From contig CATNEN010000039.1 in assembly GCA_950097015.1 (NCBI GenBank), forward strand, positions 13,206,001 through 13,270,000: a stretch of 64,000 nucleotides of DNA. Direction: 5' to 3'. The notes beneath the pieces were generated by a model. The model did not search any database. It saw only the letters and a program-made list of their open reading frames with translations, and was not told where the DNA came from. Origin of the DNA: Macrostomum hystrix. Taxonomy: Eukaryota; Animalia; Platyhelminthes. Position 1 is the first letter of the stretch, and the number at the start of each line of letters is the position of its first letter. Positions 48,567-62,789 of the stretch are shown here, piece after piece. The position numbers and the translations under genes are program-made.

Positions 48567-49682
48567 TCAGTTGGCCAGCATGGCAGATTTGTGCATGCGG
48601 AAAACAAAGCCGCTGATGGCAAACAGCAGGCCGAGGAGCCAGATCAGCTCGCTGAGGACAAGCAAGGGAGGCAAGTAAGCTTTGGCGCTGCGGCACATGA
48701 CCAGTTGAGGCTCGCTGCAGTTAACCGGATGGTAGCGAAGTTGATCATTTTCGGTCCGCTTCACCGTCAGGCAGAGTTGATTTTGCTTCAGGGCTTCTTG
48801 CGGCAAAGATTTGTTGACAAACATCGACGGCGTGATGAGGGCGCGGCGAGACTTCAAGTCGGAGGGCCGCATGGACTCCTGGAGGCTTAGCTTGTCCCAG
48901 AAGTACACCAGACCGTTGACCTTGACGAGTCGTGAGAAGAAAGTTTAGTTGAGTAAGTTCTTGCATATTTGGGCCATAGATTTCCGTCTGTTTCATTTTT
49001 ATATTCTCATTCTATTCCTCTACATTGCAAAGAATGGCGTTATATTCAATTTCGAACCAGTTCATTCCATTCTGTTCAATTCCCTTATTTTCTATTCCAC
49101 TCTATTCTATTCTTTTCGATAATAGTGCATATCATTCCATTCTATTCTTTTCCATTCCATTCTATTTCATTCTATTCAATTATCTTCCAACCCGTTATAT
49201 TCCGTTACATTATATTCTTTTACATTCTATTCCATAATACTCCATGTCATTCCATTCAATTCTGTTTCTTTCTATTGTATCTTTAATATTTCTGTACTCT
49301 CAACTGGCAGCATGTGATGGACCTTGGGTTGCATTTGAATGCCGACAAGTAGAGCGGAGTCTAAGTCAAGTTTCTCCAGCAGCAAGTTCTCCAACTGCAG
49401 CTGGTGCTGGTTGCAGCGCCTATCGCTCCTATCGCACACCATCGCCAGGACGAGGGTGCCCGACAATGCCCGACAGACAACGTCCTGCGCTTCATTGTAG
49501 GGAGCTTTGACCTCATTGAATTCCTCGCTTTCCAGTGCTAGCATGTAGCATGAGTCATGTATACTGTGCCAGCCTTGCTTGCAGCGATGCTCCTCTGAAT
49601 GGACTCCGGAGTTTGACAGGACAAAACTGGCTAGCTGGATGACAGTCAGAACTGTCAGAACGGATTGCTCTACCGGACGCAT
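48567..49682 (-). CDS. Membrane-anchored C-type lectin-like domain protein, 237 aa; exons 49682-49323, 48920-48567
   Basis: Signal peptide; CKQGWHSIHDSCY..EAQDVVC...GTL; phase-0 intron; C....VNCSEPQLVMC; C-terminal hydrophobic helix. Confidence 0.8.
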
Positions 49683-50497
49683 ATTGCAAACTGCTAGTTG
49701 AGATAACTCTTGTTAAATGGCTTAAAGATTGTAGTTGGCCTACGCGTGTTGAAACGAGGTTGAAATTAACGGCAGCCCGCCCTCTGCTGTTGTCTATGGT
49801 CGAATTCCATAGATATGCACAGCGGGCGGGCCGTGAAACGCGTTTCACGCCCGCTAACTACAACACCGATATAGATAGGCTGCTCGGGCTGAAACGAGGT
49901 CAAACGCATCTTGCTAGACATTTTTTCCTGGCTACTTTGGTTAGAAGTAAATTAGCTGTCTATGTCCAAAATTATAAACGAGTAGTTACTAAGGTACTAA
50001 ACTAAAAGTTCAAATCTATGTGGCCTTGGGGCATACAACGTGCAGTTTTAGAGGGTCTAATAAGACTAAGCTACCTGACGCTGAATTTTCTGAATGTCGA
50101 AAACATTTAGCTTTCAGAAGATGAGATTAGTTCCACAGAATGCTAATACTCGTACTATAATAGTTCAGTATTAGCACTAGTATTGAGCGGGAAAAAAAAT
50201 TCTGTTTGGCAAAGTGCCAAGCATCGACTATTTATTTATGCAGCAACAATTACCGACTAGTTGGCTGTCTAGATATACTATAATCTACACAGGCTAAGGA
50301 ATAGAATGCAGAAGAGATTGATTCTCTGATAGTAATTCATGCATCATCCCCAGCTACACGAGAACTGGTCTGAGAACACAGCTGCGTCAATTCATGTGTA
50401 CTCTACAAATTGAATGGCACCTCTTATTGCAGGATGCTGATGCCAATTCCTCATTCTTGCATGATCTCAGCGTCGCGAGTTCGAATACGCTGCAATG

Positions 50498-51350
50498 CAA
50501 TAGATGCTGTATAGAATAGATATAGAATGGAATAGATGTAGAATGGAATAGATGTAGAATGGAATAGATGTAGAATGGAATAGATGTAGAATGGAATAGA
50601 TGTAGAATGGAATAGATGTAGAATGGGATAGATGTAGAATGGAATAGATGTAGAATGGAATAGATGTAGAATTTAAAATAGATGTAAAATAGAATAGATG
50701 TAGAATGGAATAGATGTAGAATGGGATAGATGTAGAATGGAATAGATGTAGAATGTAATAGATGTAGAATTTGAAATAGATGTAAAATAGAATAGATGTA
50801 GAATGGAATAGATGTAGAATGGAATAGATGTAGAATGGAATAGATGTAGAATGGAATAGACGTACAATGGAAAAGATGTAGAATGGAATAGATGTAGAAT
50901 GGAATAGATATAGAATGGAATAGATGTAGAATGGAATAGATATAGAATGGAATAGATGTAAAATAGAATAGATGTAGAATAGAATAGATGTAGAATGGAA
51001 TAGATGTAAAATAGAATAGATGTAGAATGGAATAGATGTAGAATAAAATAGATATAGAATGGAATAGATGTAGAATGGAATAGATGTAGAATTTGAAATA
51101 GATGTAAAACTGAATAGATGTAGAATGGAATAGATGTTGAATGGAATAGATGTAGAATGGAATAGATGTAGAATGAAATAGATGTAGAATGGAATAGACG
51201 TAGAATGGAATAGATGAAGAATGGAATAGATGTAGAATGGAATAGATGTAGAATGGAATAGATGTAGAATGGAATAGATGTTGAATGGAATAGATGTTGA
51301 ATGAAATAGATGTAGAATGGAATAGATGTAGAATTGAATAGATGTACAAT
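50498..51350. repeat. 16-bp minisatellite (GAATAGATGTAGAATG)n
   Basis: Directly visible. Confidence 0.95.
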
Positions 51351-51951
51351 AGAAAAATTTACACTCGAATAGAATATAAGACTGTTTTTGATTTACACAA
51401 TATGCGTCACTGGTTCGAATATTGTTAATCGTGAGACGTCACGGAGTTTTTCGCTGAAGCCCTCTCTACTGCAATTCCTCATTTTATCCGGACTAGGCAA
51501 TTTTTATGGGAATTTTTACCCCCAATGCCTCTGCACGTCAGAAACACCCACACCCACTGACACAAACACAGCCCAGTCTCCTAATTATTATTCAACGGTC
51601 GCAGAAGCAGAAGTGTGGCAATAAACAGTGCCATAAACAGGGGCTCCCTTGGTGGGAAGGATGCTTGCCTGCCGTTGATGCCTAAAGTTCGCCAATGGAA
51701 CAGCGATTGTGCTTAATCTCATCTCTACTGCGCTTTTCAGAATTAGAGCGAAAGAAAAAGATAAGAGTAACGACCGCAGCAATGATGCCCCTATAAGTCA
51801 GGCAATGGAATGCCAGAAATGCGGTTTTAACCGGCGCATACGAGTATTACTACCGCAAGGGTGTGACATTTTTTAGCTGTTTTCGAAAAAGTACTACCCG
51901 TCTAGATCGTTTTGTTAGATCGCCATTTCGAAAGTCGGAATTTCGTAATCG

Positions 51952-52424
51952 ACTAGAATCTACCATGATTATCTACTAGAATCTACCAGCATTATCTACT
52001 AGAATCTACCAGCATTATCTACTAGAATCTACCAGCATTATCTACTAGAATCTACCAGCATTATCTACTAGAATCTACCAGCATTATCTACTAGAATCTA
52101 CCAGCATTATCTACTAGAATCTACCAGCATTATCTACTAGAATCTACCAGCATTATTTACTAGAATCTACCAGCATTATCTACTAGAATCTACCAGCATT
52201 ATCTACTAGAATCTACCAGCATTATCTACTAGAATCTACTAGAATTATCTACTAGAATCTACCAGATTAATCTACTAGAATCTACCAGCATTATCTACTA
52301 GAATCTACTAGAATCATCTACTAGAATCTACCAGCATTATCTACTAGAATCTACCAGCATTATCTACTAGAATCTACCAGCATTATCTACTAGAATCTAC
52401 CAGCATTATCTACTAGAATCTACC
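51952..52424. repeat. 23-bp minisatellite (ACTAGAATCTACCAGCATTATCT)n
   Basis: Directly visible. Confidence 0.95.
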
Positions 52425-53134
52425 TCGAAATGCTCAGATTTCATGTCATTTCGACTTTGCTATATTCAAAATTCATCCGATAATGCTTGTAGATTTTGTA
52501 TTATAAATTAAAATTTTCTGCTTCCCGGAAATCGATACATTTTTGGAGTATTTTTATGGTAGGTAGCTAAAACGGTATATTATTCACTCAATCGTATGTT
52601 TTGTGCGTCAAAAACATTTGATCGTACAATAAGTTGTTTACGTGTTAGGTTGATTGCGATGTGAAACTCTCATTGTTAGATTAGCACAACTAATTCTACC
52701 TAACAGCAGCATTGTGGATTTATAAATAACAGCGCGGAATGAGATTTGCTCCTTCCTGACGTCACTCGATGCCCTACTATGTTGGCTGTGCCTCAATTTA
52801 GACTGCGGCCTCTCATTCATGTGATTCTGACGTGATTCTGATTATACGAGTCGTAAATCTGGCAGTTGCGAACTCTGCTGGTCCAATCGGCATGTTTATC
52901 ACACACACTCAGCATTTGGCCAGTCAGGAGAGACGGAGTCGGTCACGTGATCAGCCCCGAACGGAAATATAAATATCGACGCCGGTTAGCCTGCTAAATC
53001 ACGCGCCTGTGGGAATCCTTCTTCAGGACAGAGCAACGCCCAATTCTTATTATTTTGCTTCAGACGCTCAAGACTTTTAGTTGCTTTCAGACCAGACCTG
53101 TCAGCAGCGGAGAAACAGACAACAGGCAAAGAAT

Positions 53135-53728
53135 ATGAACAGTTTCACAACAGTTCTGCTGCTGCTGCTACTTGCACTGTCGATTTCAACCACTGGTAAG
53201 TTGAAGCCAAGCTCTTACATTGTCTTATTGAAAGTCTTGCAATAGACAGGAGAAGAAAAAAGACACTAATTATTTTTATCTCCAGATGCAGCAACTATCT
53301 CCTCAGGTCAGCGTCGCCTAGTTCGCAGATCTAACGTAAACGCTGCTGACTACGATCCGAGCCTCACAAAGTTTACTGACGACTGTCCGAATGGCTACAT
53401 TGCCTATCTGAAGTTTAACGCCAGTAAGTCCTCTGGAAGAATTTGGATCAATCACATATACTGTTTCGCCAATCGATTTCCTAATTCAATTCCAGCAACT
53501 GGCCTATTCGGCTGCGCCATCAGAACGCCGGAGATTTGCTTCGTGTTGTGCGAGATGATGCGCAGCGACAACTGGGATCCCACTAACGTGGTGTCCATTC
53601 TGGATAACAGAGAATTCGACGGCTGGTACTGTAGGGCCCTGCCTCAATACGCCACCAGACCGTGCTTCTACAAGTCCAAGTACGAGACTCTGCTTGATGT
53701 GAGGCAGATGTACACAAGAGATCGATAG
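53135..53728 (+). CDS. Small secreted cysteine-containing prepro-protein, 143 aa; exons 53135-53195, 53286-53423, 53496-53728
   Basis: MNSFTTVLLLLLLALSISTT signal; two phase-1 GT-AG introns in frame; RRLVRR basic site; six Cys; TATA-like ATATAAAT ~52967; AATAAA ~53796. Confidence 0.85.
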
Positions 53729-55689
53729 ATGTACTACTAGCCAGATTACTGCCAGAACTGTGCGGAACTGTCCGGAGGCTCTGCAGATCGACATTAATAA
53801 ACAATATTAAAAATGCAACTCGTATATGCTTTGCAATGCAGTGAAAATATTATCTCCGATTGCTGGCGTGTGCGTGTGTGTGCTTGAATTCTTTAGGGCC
53901 TAAGCATAATCGATTAATGTCTTAACTCCAGTGAAATATATGAAATACATAATATTCTAATAACCAAATATAGTTTTGGCAATTCAACAAAATACCCGAA
54001 GATGACAGCAATGACTGAAAACGCAACCACTAAAACATGGCCTAAGTAATTGTGACATTTCTTGTGTATTAACTCAAATAGACGATAAATGGCTTTATCT
54101 ATATAGCCATATAGATATATAGATTATAGATAGATAGATAGACAGATAGATAGATAGATAGATTGATTGATTGATAGATGGAATTTTCGCAAGGCAAAGT
54201 TGAAAAAGTACATTTATAGGATTCCACAAGAAAACTTTTTTTAGCCATCAGTTGAAGGACAGCCCGGGCATCGGAAATTCCTGCCCGTTTCGCCCCCGAA
54301 AATAATCCTACAATTTCGCAGACAAATTACCGGCGCAAGGAATGCAAATCTAAAAATGGCTGATGTGCTATGTCCCAGCAACTAAAGTGATTACACTCTC
54401 TGCGGCCATTCATGCTAGCAAGGGCTAGGGCTAGGGCTAGCAAGATCTGCAGAAATCAAGAAATCAAAGACGTTCTAGAAATTATTTGTCCAAGCTACGA
54501 ATATTACGCGATCCTACATAAAAATCCCAATCAAACACGGTTTCCAAGAAACACGAAACTAAATAATTCAAACGTCAGAGAGTAATCTTCTAAAAATTAA
54601 CATTTCTAATTCATCAGACGACATAAAAATTAGAATGATTAGATAAACGGGTTCTCAGAATGAGTATTACTTAGAAATTCAGCTTGAAAAAAATCTTTCA
54701 AAATTATATTTCCTAGAAATTTTATTGCTTAAAGAGATGATAACTTGAACACTCGGGTGTTTTGAAAAAGAAAGATTTCTTGGAAAACGTGCACTTTCTT
54801 TGAGTAACACTCTTTATATTGTTAATATATCAACTTTTGAACCGATACGAATTCGCTAATGAGGCTTATATTATATGTCCTTGTCACCAGGGTCTTCGAC
54901 AAAAAACTGCTGAATATCTCGACATGCTGACTTGGACAACAAACAAATTAGTTAATCATAAGGGGCGGATCAGAACTTCAAACAAGCTTTGATTCCGTCA
55001 ATTATTTGATATTTCAGAGTAGGAAATTTCTTATAATATTCCGTCACGGACGTGACGTGTTCTTTGACTTTTATTTATATCAGATGCCACTTAAAACAAT
55101 TTCAGGCCAATATAGAAACCTTCGCAATAATGGCCTTGTGTTGTAAGATGACAATTGAAGTGCTCTTGTGAGATTGTAAAAGCGACTTTTATTTAGACTT
55201 TCTCTTTGGTTAATGAAATTCAAAGTTTTATTTTTACATTATTCTTTATTAATATTAGTAGAATTTAATAATCAAATTGATATTTCAATTCCATGCCTAC
55301 CGAGACATTTTTAAAGGTTCCTAGATTGTTATAAATTTAACACACCGTAATATAAGGAAAATCACAATCGAACATTATCCGACATGTTTAACAAATCACT
55401 TTTAAAGATCAGCCAAGATTATAATTGGATCTGACAGGCTCATAAATTAGCATCATTACTTTCTAGATATTGCTGTTAAGTGTACCAACGGAAGCTTTTA
55501 AACAATGAACAGAAGCAGTTAATGATTATCAATAAAAGTATATGACTTTCGAAGCGACTGCCGACAGCAATTGGAGAAAGTGGTTCGAGTATAAAACTAT
55601 AGGCGATAAACAAATGGCTTCGTGTAATGAGTAGCACTACTCATACCCAAGTAATCTCGGAAATGAATATTCGTATGGATTATGCAACC

Positions 55690-58600
55690 TAGGGACTGTA
55701 GGATGTTTAGGGAGTATGCAATCTGGGGAATGTAGGATGTTTAGGGAGTATGCAATCTGGGGAATGTAGGATGTTTAGGGAGTATGCAATCTGGGGAATG
55801 TAGGATGTTTAGGGAGTATGCAATCTGGGGAATGTAGGATGTTTAGGGAGTATGTAATCTGGGGAATGTAGGATGTTTAGGGAGTATGTATTCTGGGGAA
55901 TGCAGGATGTTTAGGGAGTATGTAATCTGGGGAATGCAGGATGTTTAGGGAGTATGCAATCTGGGGAATGTAGGATGTTTAGGGAGTATGCAATCTGGGG
56001 AATGCAGGATGTTTAGGGAGTATGCAATCTGGGGAATGTAGGATGTTTAGGGAGTATGCAATCTGGGGAATGTAGGATGTTTAGGGAGTATGTAATCTGG
56101 GGAATGCAGGATGTTTAGGGAGTATGCAATCTGGGGAATGTAGGATGTTTAGGGAGTATGCAATCTGGGGAATGTAGGATGTTTAGGGAGTATGCAACCT
56201 AGGGACTGTAGGATATGTAAGGAGTATGTAATCTGGGGAATGTAGGATATGTAAGGAGTATGTAATCTGGGGAATGTAGGATGTTTGGGGAGTATGCAAT
56301 CTGGGGAATGTAGGATGTTTAGGGAGTATGCAATCTGGGGAATGTAGGATGTTTAGGGAGTATGCAATCTGGGGAATGTAGGATGTTTAGGGAGTATGCA
56401 ATCTGGGGAATGCAGGATGTTTAGGGAGTATGCAATCTGGGGAATGCAGGATGTTTAGGGAGTATGTCATCTGGGGAATGTAGGATGTTTAGGGAGTATG
56501 CAATCTGGGGAATGTAGGATGTTTAGGGAGTATGCAATCTGGGGAATGTAGGATGTTTAGGGAGTATGCAATCTGGGGAATGTAGGATGTTTAGGGAGTA
56601 TGCAATCTGGGGAATGTAGGATGTTTAGGGAGTATGAAATCTGGGGAATGTAGGATGTTTAGGGAGTATGCAATCTGGGGAATGTAGGATGTTTAGGGAG
56701 TATGCAATCTGAGGAATGTAGGATGTTTAGGGAGTATGTAATCTGGGGAATGCAGGATGTTTAGGGAGTATGCAATCTGGGGAATGTAGGATGTTTAGGG
56801 AGTATGAAATCTGGGGAATGTAGGATGTTTAGGGAGTATGCAATCTGGGGAATGCAGGATGTTTAGGGAGTATGCAATCTGGGGAATGTAGGATGTTTAG
56901 GGAGTATGCAATCTGGGGAATGTAGGATGTTTAGGGAGTATGCAATCTGGGGAATGTAGGATGTTTAGGGAGTATGCAATCTGGGGAATGTAGGATCTTT
57001 AGGGAGTATGCAATCTGGGGAATGTAGGATGTTTAGGGAGTATGTATTCTGGGGAATGCAGGATGTTTAGGGAGTATGTATTCTGGGGAATGTAGGATGT
57101 TAAGGGAGTATGCAATCTGGGGAATGCAGGATGTTTAGGGAGTATGCAATCTGGGGAAAGTAGGATGTTTAGGGAGTATGCAATCTGGGGAAAGTAGGAT
57201 GTTAAGGGAGTATGCAATCTGGGGAATGTAGGATGTTTAGGGAGTATGTAATCTGGGGAATGTAGGATGTATAGCGAGTATGCAATCTGGGGAATGTAGG
57301 ATGTTTAGGGAGTATGCAATCTGAGGAATGTAGGATGTTTAGGGAGTATGTAATCTGGGGAATGCAGGATGTTTAGGGAGTATGCAATCTGGGGAATGTA
57401 GGATGTTTAGGGAGTATGAAATCTGGGGAATGTAGGATGTTTAGGGAGTATGCAATCTGGGGAATGTAGGATGTTTAGGGAGTATGCAATCTGGGGAATG
57501 TAGGATGTTTAGGGAGTATGCAATCTGGGGAATGTAGGATGTTTAGGGGGTATGCAATCTGGGGAATGTAGGATGTTTAGGGAGTATGCAATCTGGGGAA
57601 TGCAGGATGTTTAGGGAGTATGTAATCTGGGGAATGCAGGATGTTTAGGGAGTATGCAATCTGGGGAATGTAGGATGTTTAGGGAGTATGCAATCTGGGG
57701 AATGTAGGATGTTTAGGGAGTATGCAATCTGGGGAATGCAGGATGTTTAGGGAGTATGTAATCTGGGGAATGCAGGATGTTTAGGGAGTATGCAATCTGG
57801 GGAATGTAGGATATGTAAGGAGTATGTAATCTGGGGAATGTAGGATGTATAGGGAGTATGCAATCTGGGGAATGTAGGATGTTTAGGGAGTATGCAATCT
57901 GAGGAATGTAGGATGTTTAGGGAGTATGTAATCTGGGGAATGCAGGATGTTCAGGGAGTATGCAATCTGGGGAATGTAGGATGTTTAGGGAGTATGAAAT
58001 CTGGGGAGTGTAGGATGTTTAGGGAGTATGCAATCTGGGGAATGTAGGATGTTTAGGGAGTATGCAATCTGGGGAATGTAGGATGTTTAGGGAGTATGCA
58101 ATCTGAGGAATGCAGGATGTTTAGGGAGTATGCAATCTGGGGAATGCAGGATGTTTAGGGAGTATGCAATCTGGGGAATGTAGGATGTTTAGGGGGTATG
58201 TAATCTGGGGAATGCAGGATGTTTAGGGAGTATGCAATCTGGGGAAAGTAGGATGTTTAGGGAGTATGCAATCTGGGGAATGCAGGATGTTTAGGGGGTA
58301 TTTAATCCGGGGAATGTAGGATGTTGAGGGAGTATGAGGTCTGGGGAATGTAGGATGTATAGGGAGTATGCAATCTGGGGAATGCAGGATGTTTAGGGAG
58401 TATGTAATCTGGGGAATGTAGGATGTTGAGGGAGTATGAGGTCTGGGGAATGTAGGATGTATAGGGAGTATGCAATCTGGGGAATGCAGGATGTTTAGGG
58501 AGTATGTAATCTGGGGAATGTAGGATGTATAGGGAGTATGCAATCTGGGGAATGTAGGATGTTTAGGGAGTATGCAATCTTGGGAATGCAGGATGTTTAG

Positions 58601-61205
58601 GGAGTATGTAATCTGGGGAATGTAGGATGTTGAGGGAGTATGAGGTCTGGGGAATGTAGGATGTATAGGGAGTATGCAATCTGGGGAATGCAGGATGTTT
58701 AGGGAGTATGTAATCTGGGGAATGCAGGATGTTTAGGGAGTATGCAATCTGGGGAATGTAGGATGTTTAGGGAGTATGCAATCTGGGGAATGTAGGATGT
58801 TTAGGGAGTATGCAATCTGGGGAATGTAGGATGTTTAGGGAGTATGCAATCTGGGGAATGTAGGATGTTTAGGGAGTATGTAATCTGGGGAATGCAGGAT
58901 GTTTAGGGAGTATGTAATCTGGGGAATGTAGGATGTTTAGGGAGTATGTAATCTGGGGAATGTAGGATGTATAGCGAGTATGCAATCTGGGGAATGTAGG
59001 ATGTTTAGGGAGTATGCAATCTGAGGAATGTAGGATGTTTAGGGAGTATGTAATCTGGGGAATGCAGGATGTTTAGGGAGTATGCAATCTGGGGAATGTA
59101 GGATGTTTAGGGAGTATGAAATCTGGGGAATGTAGGATGTTTAGGGAGTATGCAATCTGGGGAATGTAGGATGTTTAGGGAGTATGCAATCTGGGGAATG
59201 TAGGATGTTTAGGGAGTATGCAATCTGGGGAATGTAGGATGTTTAGGGGGTATGCAATCTGGGGAATGTAGGATGTTTAGGGAGTATGCAATCTGGGGAA
59301 TGCAGGATGTTTAGGGAGTATGTAATCTGGGGAATGCAGGATGTTTAGGGAGTATGCAATCTGGGGAATGTAGGATGTTTAGGGAGTATGCAATCTGGGG
59401 AATGTAGGATGTTTAGGGAGTATGTAATCTGGGGAATGCAGGATGTTTAGGGAGTATGTAATCTGGGGAATGCAGGATGTTTAGGGAGTATGCCATCTGG
59501 GGAATGTAGGATATGTAAGGAGTATGTAATCTGGGGAATGTAGGATGTATAGGGAGTATGCAATCTGGGGAATGTAGGATGTTTAGGGAGTATGCAATCT
59601 GAGGAATGTAGGATGTTTAGGGAGTATGTAATCTGGGGAATGCAGGATGTTTAGGGAGTATGCAATCTGGGGAATGTAGGATGTTTAGGGAGTATGAAAT
59701 CTGGGGAATGTAGGATGTTTAGGGAGTATGCAATCTGGGGAATGTAGGATGTTTAGGGAGTATGCAATCTGGGGAATGTAGGATGTTTAGGGAGTATGCA
59801 ATCTGAGGAATGCAGGATGTTTAGGGAGTATGCAATCTGGGGAATGCAGGATGTTTAGGGAGTATGCAATCTGGGGAATGTAGGATGTTTAGGGGGTATG
59901 TAATCTGGGGAATGCAGGATGTTTAGGGAGTATGCAATCTGGGGAAAGTAGGATGTTTAGGGGGTATTTAATCTGGGGAATGCAGGATGTTTAGGGAGTA
60001 TGCCATCTGGGGAATGTAGGATGTTTAGGGAGTATGCAATCTGGGGAATGCAGGATGTTTAGGGAGTATGTAATCTGGGGAATGTAGGATGTTGAGGGAG
60101 TATGAGGTCTGGGGAATGTAGGATGTATAGGGAGTATGCAATCTGGGGAATGCAGGATGTTTAGGGAGTATGTAATCTGGGGAATGCAGGATGTTTAGGG
60201 AGTATGTAATCTGGGGAATGTAGGATGTTGAGGGAGTATGAGGTCTGGGGAATGTAGGATGTATAGGGAGTATGCAATCTGAGGAATGCAGGATGTTTAG
60301 GGAGTATGTAATCTGGGGAATGTAGGATGTTGAGGGAGTATGAGGTCTGGGGAATGTAGGATGTTTAGGGAGTATGCAATCTGGGGAATGCAGGATGTTT
60401 AGGGAGTATGTAATCTGGGGAATGTAGGATGTATAGGGAGTATGCAATCTGGGGAATGTAGGATGTTTAGGGAGTATGCAATCTGGGGAATGCAGGATGT
60501 TTAGGGAGTATGTAATCTGGGGAATGTAGGATGTTGAGGGAGTATGAGGTCTGGGGAATGTAGGATGTATAGGGAGTATGCAATCTGGGGAATGCAGGAT
60601 GTTTAGGGAGTATGTAATCTGGGGAATGCAGGATGTTTAGGGAGTATGCAATCTGGGGAATGTAGGATGTTTAGGGAGTATGCAATCTGGGGAATGTAGG
60701 ATGTTTAGGGAGTATGTAATCTGGGGAATGTAGGACGTTTAGGGAGTATGTAATCTGGGGAATGTAGGATGTTTAGGGAGTATGTAATCTGGGGAATGCA
60801 GGATGTTTAGGGAGTATGCAATCTGGGGAATGTAGGATGTTTAGGGAGTATGCAATCTGGGGAATGTAGGATGTTTAGGGAGTATGTAATCTGGGGAATG
60901 TAGGATGTTTAGGGAGTATGTAATCTGGGGAATGTAGGATGTTTAGGGAGTATGTAATCTGGGGAATGCAGGATGTTTAGGGAGTATGTGGTCTGGGGAT
61001 TGCAGGATGTTTAGGGAGTATGCAATCTGGGGAATGCAGGATGTTTAGGGAGTATGCAATCTGGGGATTGCAGGATGTTTAGGGAGTATGCAATCTGGGG
61101 AATGCAGGATGTTTAGGGAGTATGCAATCTGGGGAATGCAGGATGTTTAGGGAGTATGTAATCTGGGGAATGCAGGATGTTTAGGGAGTATGTGGTCTGG
61201 GAATG
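55690..61205. repeat. 34-bp G-rich satellite (GGATGTTTAGGGAGTATGCAATCTGGGGAATGTA)n, ~160 copies, 1700-bp higher-order duplication
   Basis: Period 34; rare variants recur at +1700. Confidence 0.97.
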
Positions 61206-61711
61206 TAAGATATATAGAAAGTGAAGAAGCCCAGGGACTGCATGCATAGATAGGAGTAGAAATGTCTGTTTCAGGGCATGACACCAGTCGCCACATGACT
61301 AGCTAAGGGCAAACGAGAGTTGAGCTAAAAGCAGCACAACTAAGAGCAGGCATTCAACGAAATGACAGTCTCCAATCCGTACTCATAACTGGATTAGCTG
61401 TGTCTGCATGCTCAATACTCAGTGTCTGCCTTTGATATCCACAAACACGCCCACGCAAAAAACGAGACCTCGAAGTTTCGACGCGAAACTTTGTCAATCC
61501 ACTCAGCCAAATGAATACTTTTCTCTTCGCCCTGCTCGGCAGTGCGTCACATTCTCAGTGTCTGCAATTTTGACTAACACTGCTCGTGGGATAAGAATTG
61601 GAATGAAAGTTCTACTGGAATAAATAAAAGTAGATTGTAGCTTTTCTGCACTAGAACTCAAATTTAATTTCATTCCGCGTTTGAGAAAAAAACTCTGTAT
61701 TGGATTAAGAC

Positions 61712-62228
61712 CTGTGAATCAGAATGGGATCTGTGAATCCGAATGGGATCTGTGAATCTGAATGGGATCTGTGAATCCGAATGGGATCTGTGAATCAGAA
61801 TGGGATCTGTGAATCCGAATGGGATCTGTGAATCTGAATGGAATCTGTGAATCAGAATGGAATGCGTGAATCAGAATGGGATGCGTGAATCAGAATGGGA
61901 TGCGTGAAACAGAATGGGATGCGTGAATCAGAATGGGATCTTTAAATCAGAATGGGATGCGTGAATTAGAATGTGATTTGTAAATTAGAATGGGATCTGT
62001 GAATAAGAATGGGATGCGTGAATCAGAATGGGATCTGTGAATCAGAATGGGATCTGTGAATCAGAATGGGATCTGTGAATCAGAATGGGATCTGTGAATC
62101 AGAATGGGATCTGTGAATCATAATGGGATCTGTGAATCAGAATGGGATCTAATTAAATCAGAATGGGATCTGTGAATCAGAATGGGATCTGTGAATCAGA
62201 ATGGGATCTGTGAATCAGAATGGGATTT
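61712..62228. repeat. 19-bp minisatellite (CTGTGAATCAGAATGGGAT)n
   Basis: Directly visible. Confidence 0.95.
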
Positions 62229-62789
62229 GTTGACCGGATTATGATTGTATGTGTAATTATCTGAGTCTGCAATTAGCCTTACAATGAAATCGTCTGGGAA
62301 TTAGATTGCTACCTGAAAACATGTTAGAAGAAAAGTATTTTTATGTACGATATAAGTTCCATTTCGGCGGTTTGCGCACTCGCTACTGTAAGTAGTGACA
62401 AGAAGCTAATGAAAAAATCCTGGTTTTGAATGAAATAAAAGCATGCATAAATATTCATTTTGATATATTTTTCTTTAAAAAACTGATGCTTATCGAACAA
62501 ATGGCAAATAGAGACAAACAAATAAAAACAAGGTTTGATATCTAGGAAGCCACAGCTGAGCATTATGACAGATAAGAGATTAGCGAAAACGAAATGTTTA
62601 ATATTCGATTGCCATCTTTATAAAGCAGACTTCAACCACAAAAACAAATTGTGCACACAAAGTAGGTCAAAGTTTCGAAAGCAACATATACAATAAAAGG
62701 GCAAAACAAAATACTATATAACTCTGCTACACTTATAACAAAAAGTCTGCTTATTACTCGATGCAAGCCTAACAGGAAATACACGTCAA

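Noticed and set aside
50387-51349. 320-aa hydrophobic ORF
   Set aside because: Translation of the 16-bp minisatellite.
54600-54625. CTGATGA hammerhead-like core (also ~10008)
   Set aside because: No stem II followed by GAAA and no closing stems.
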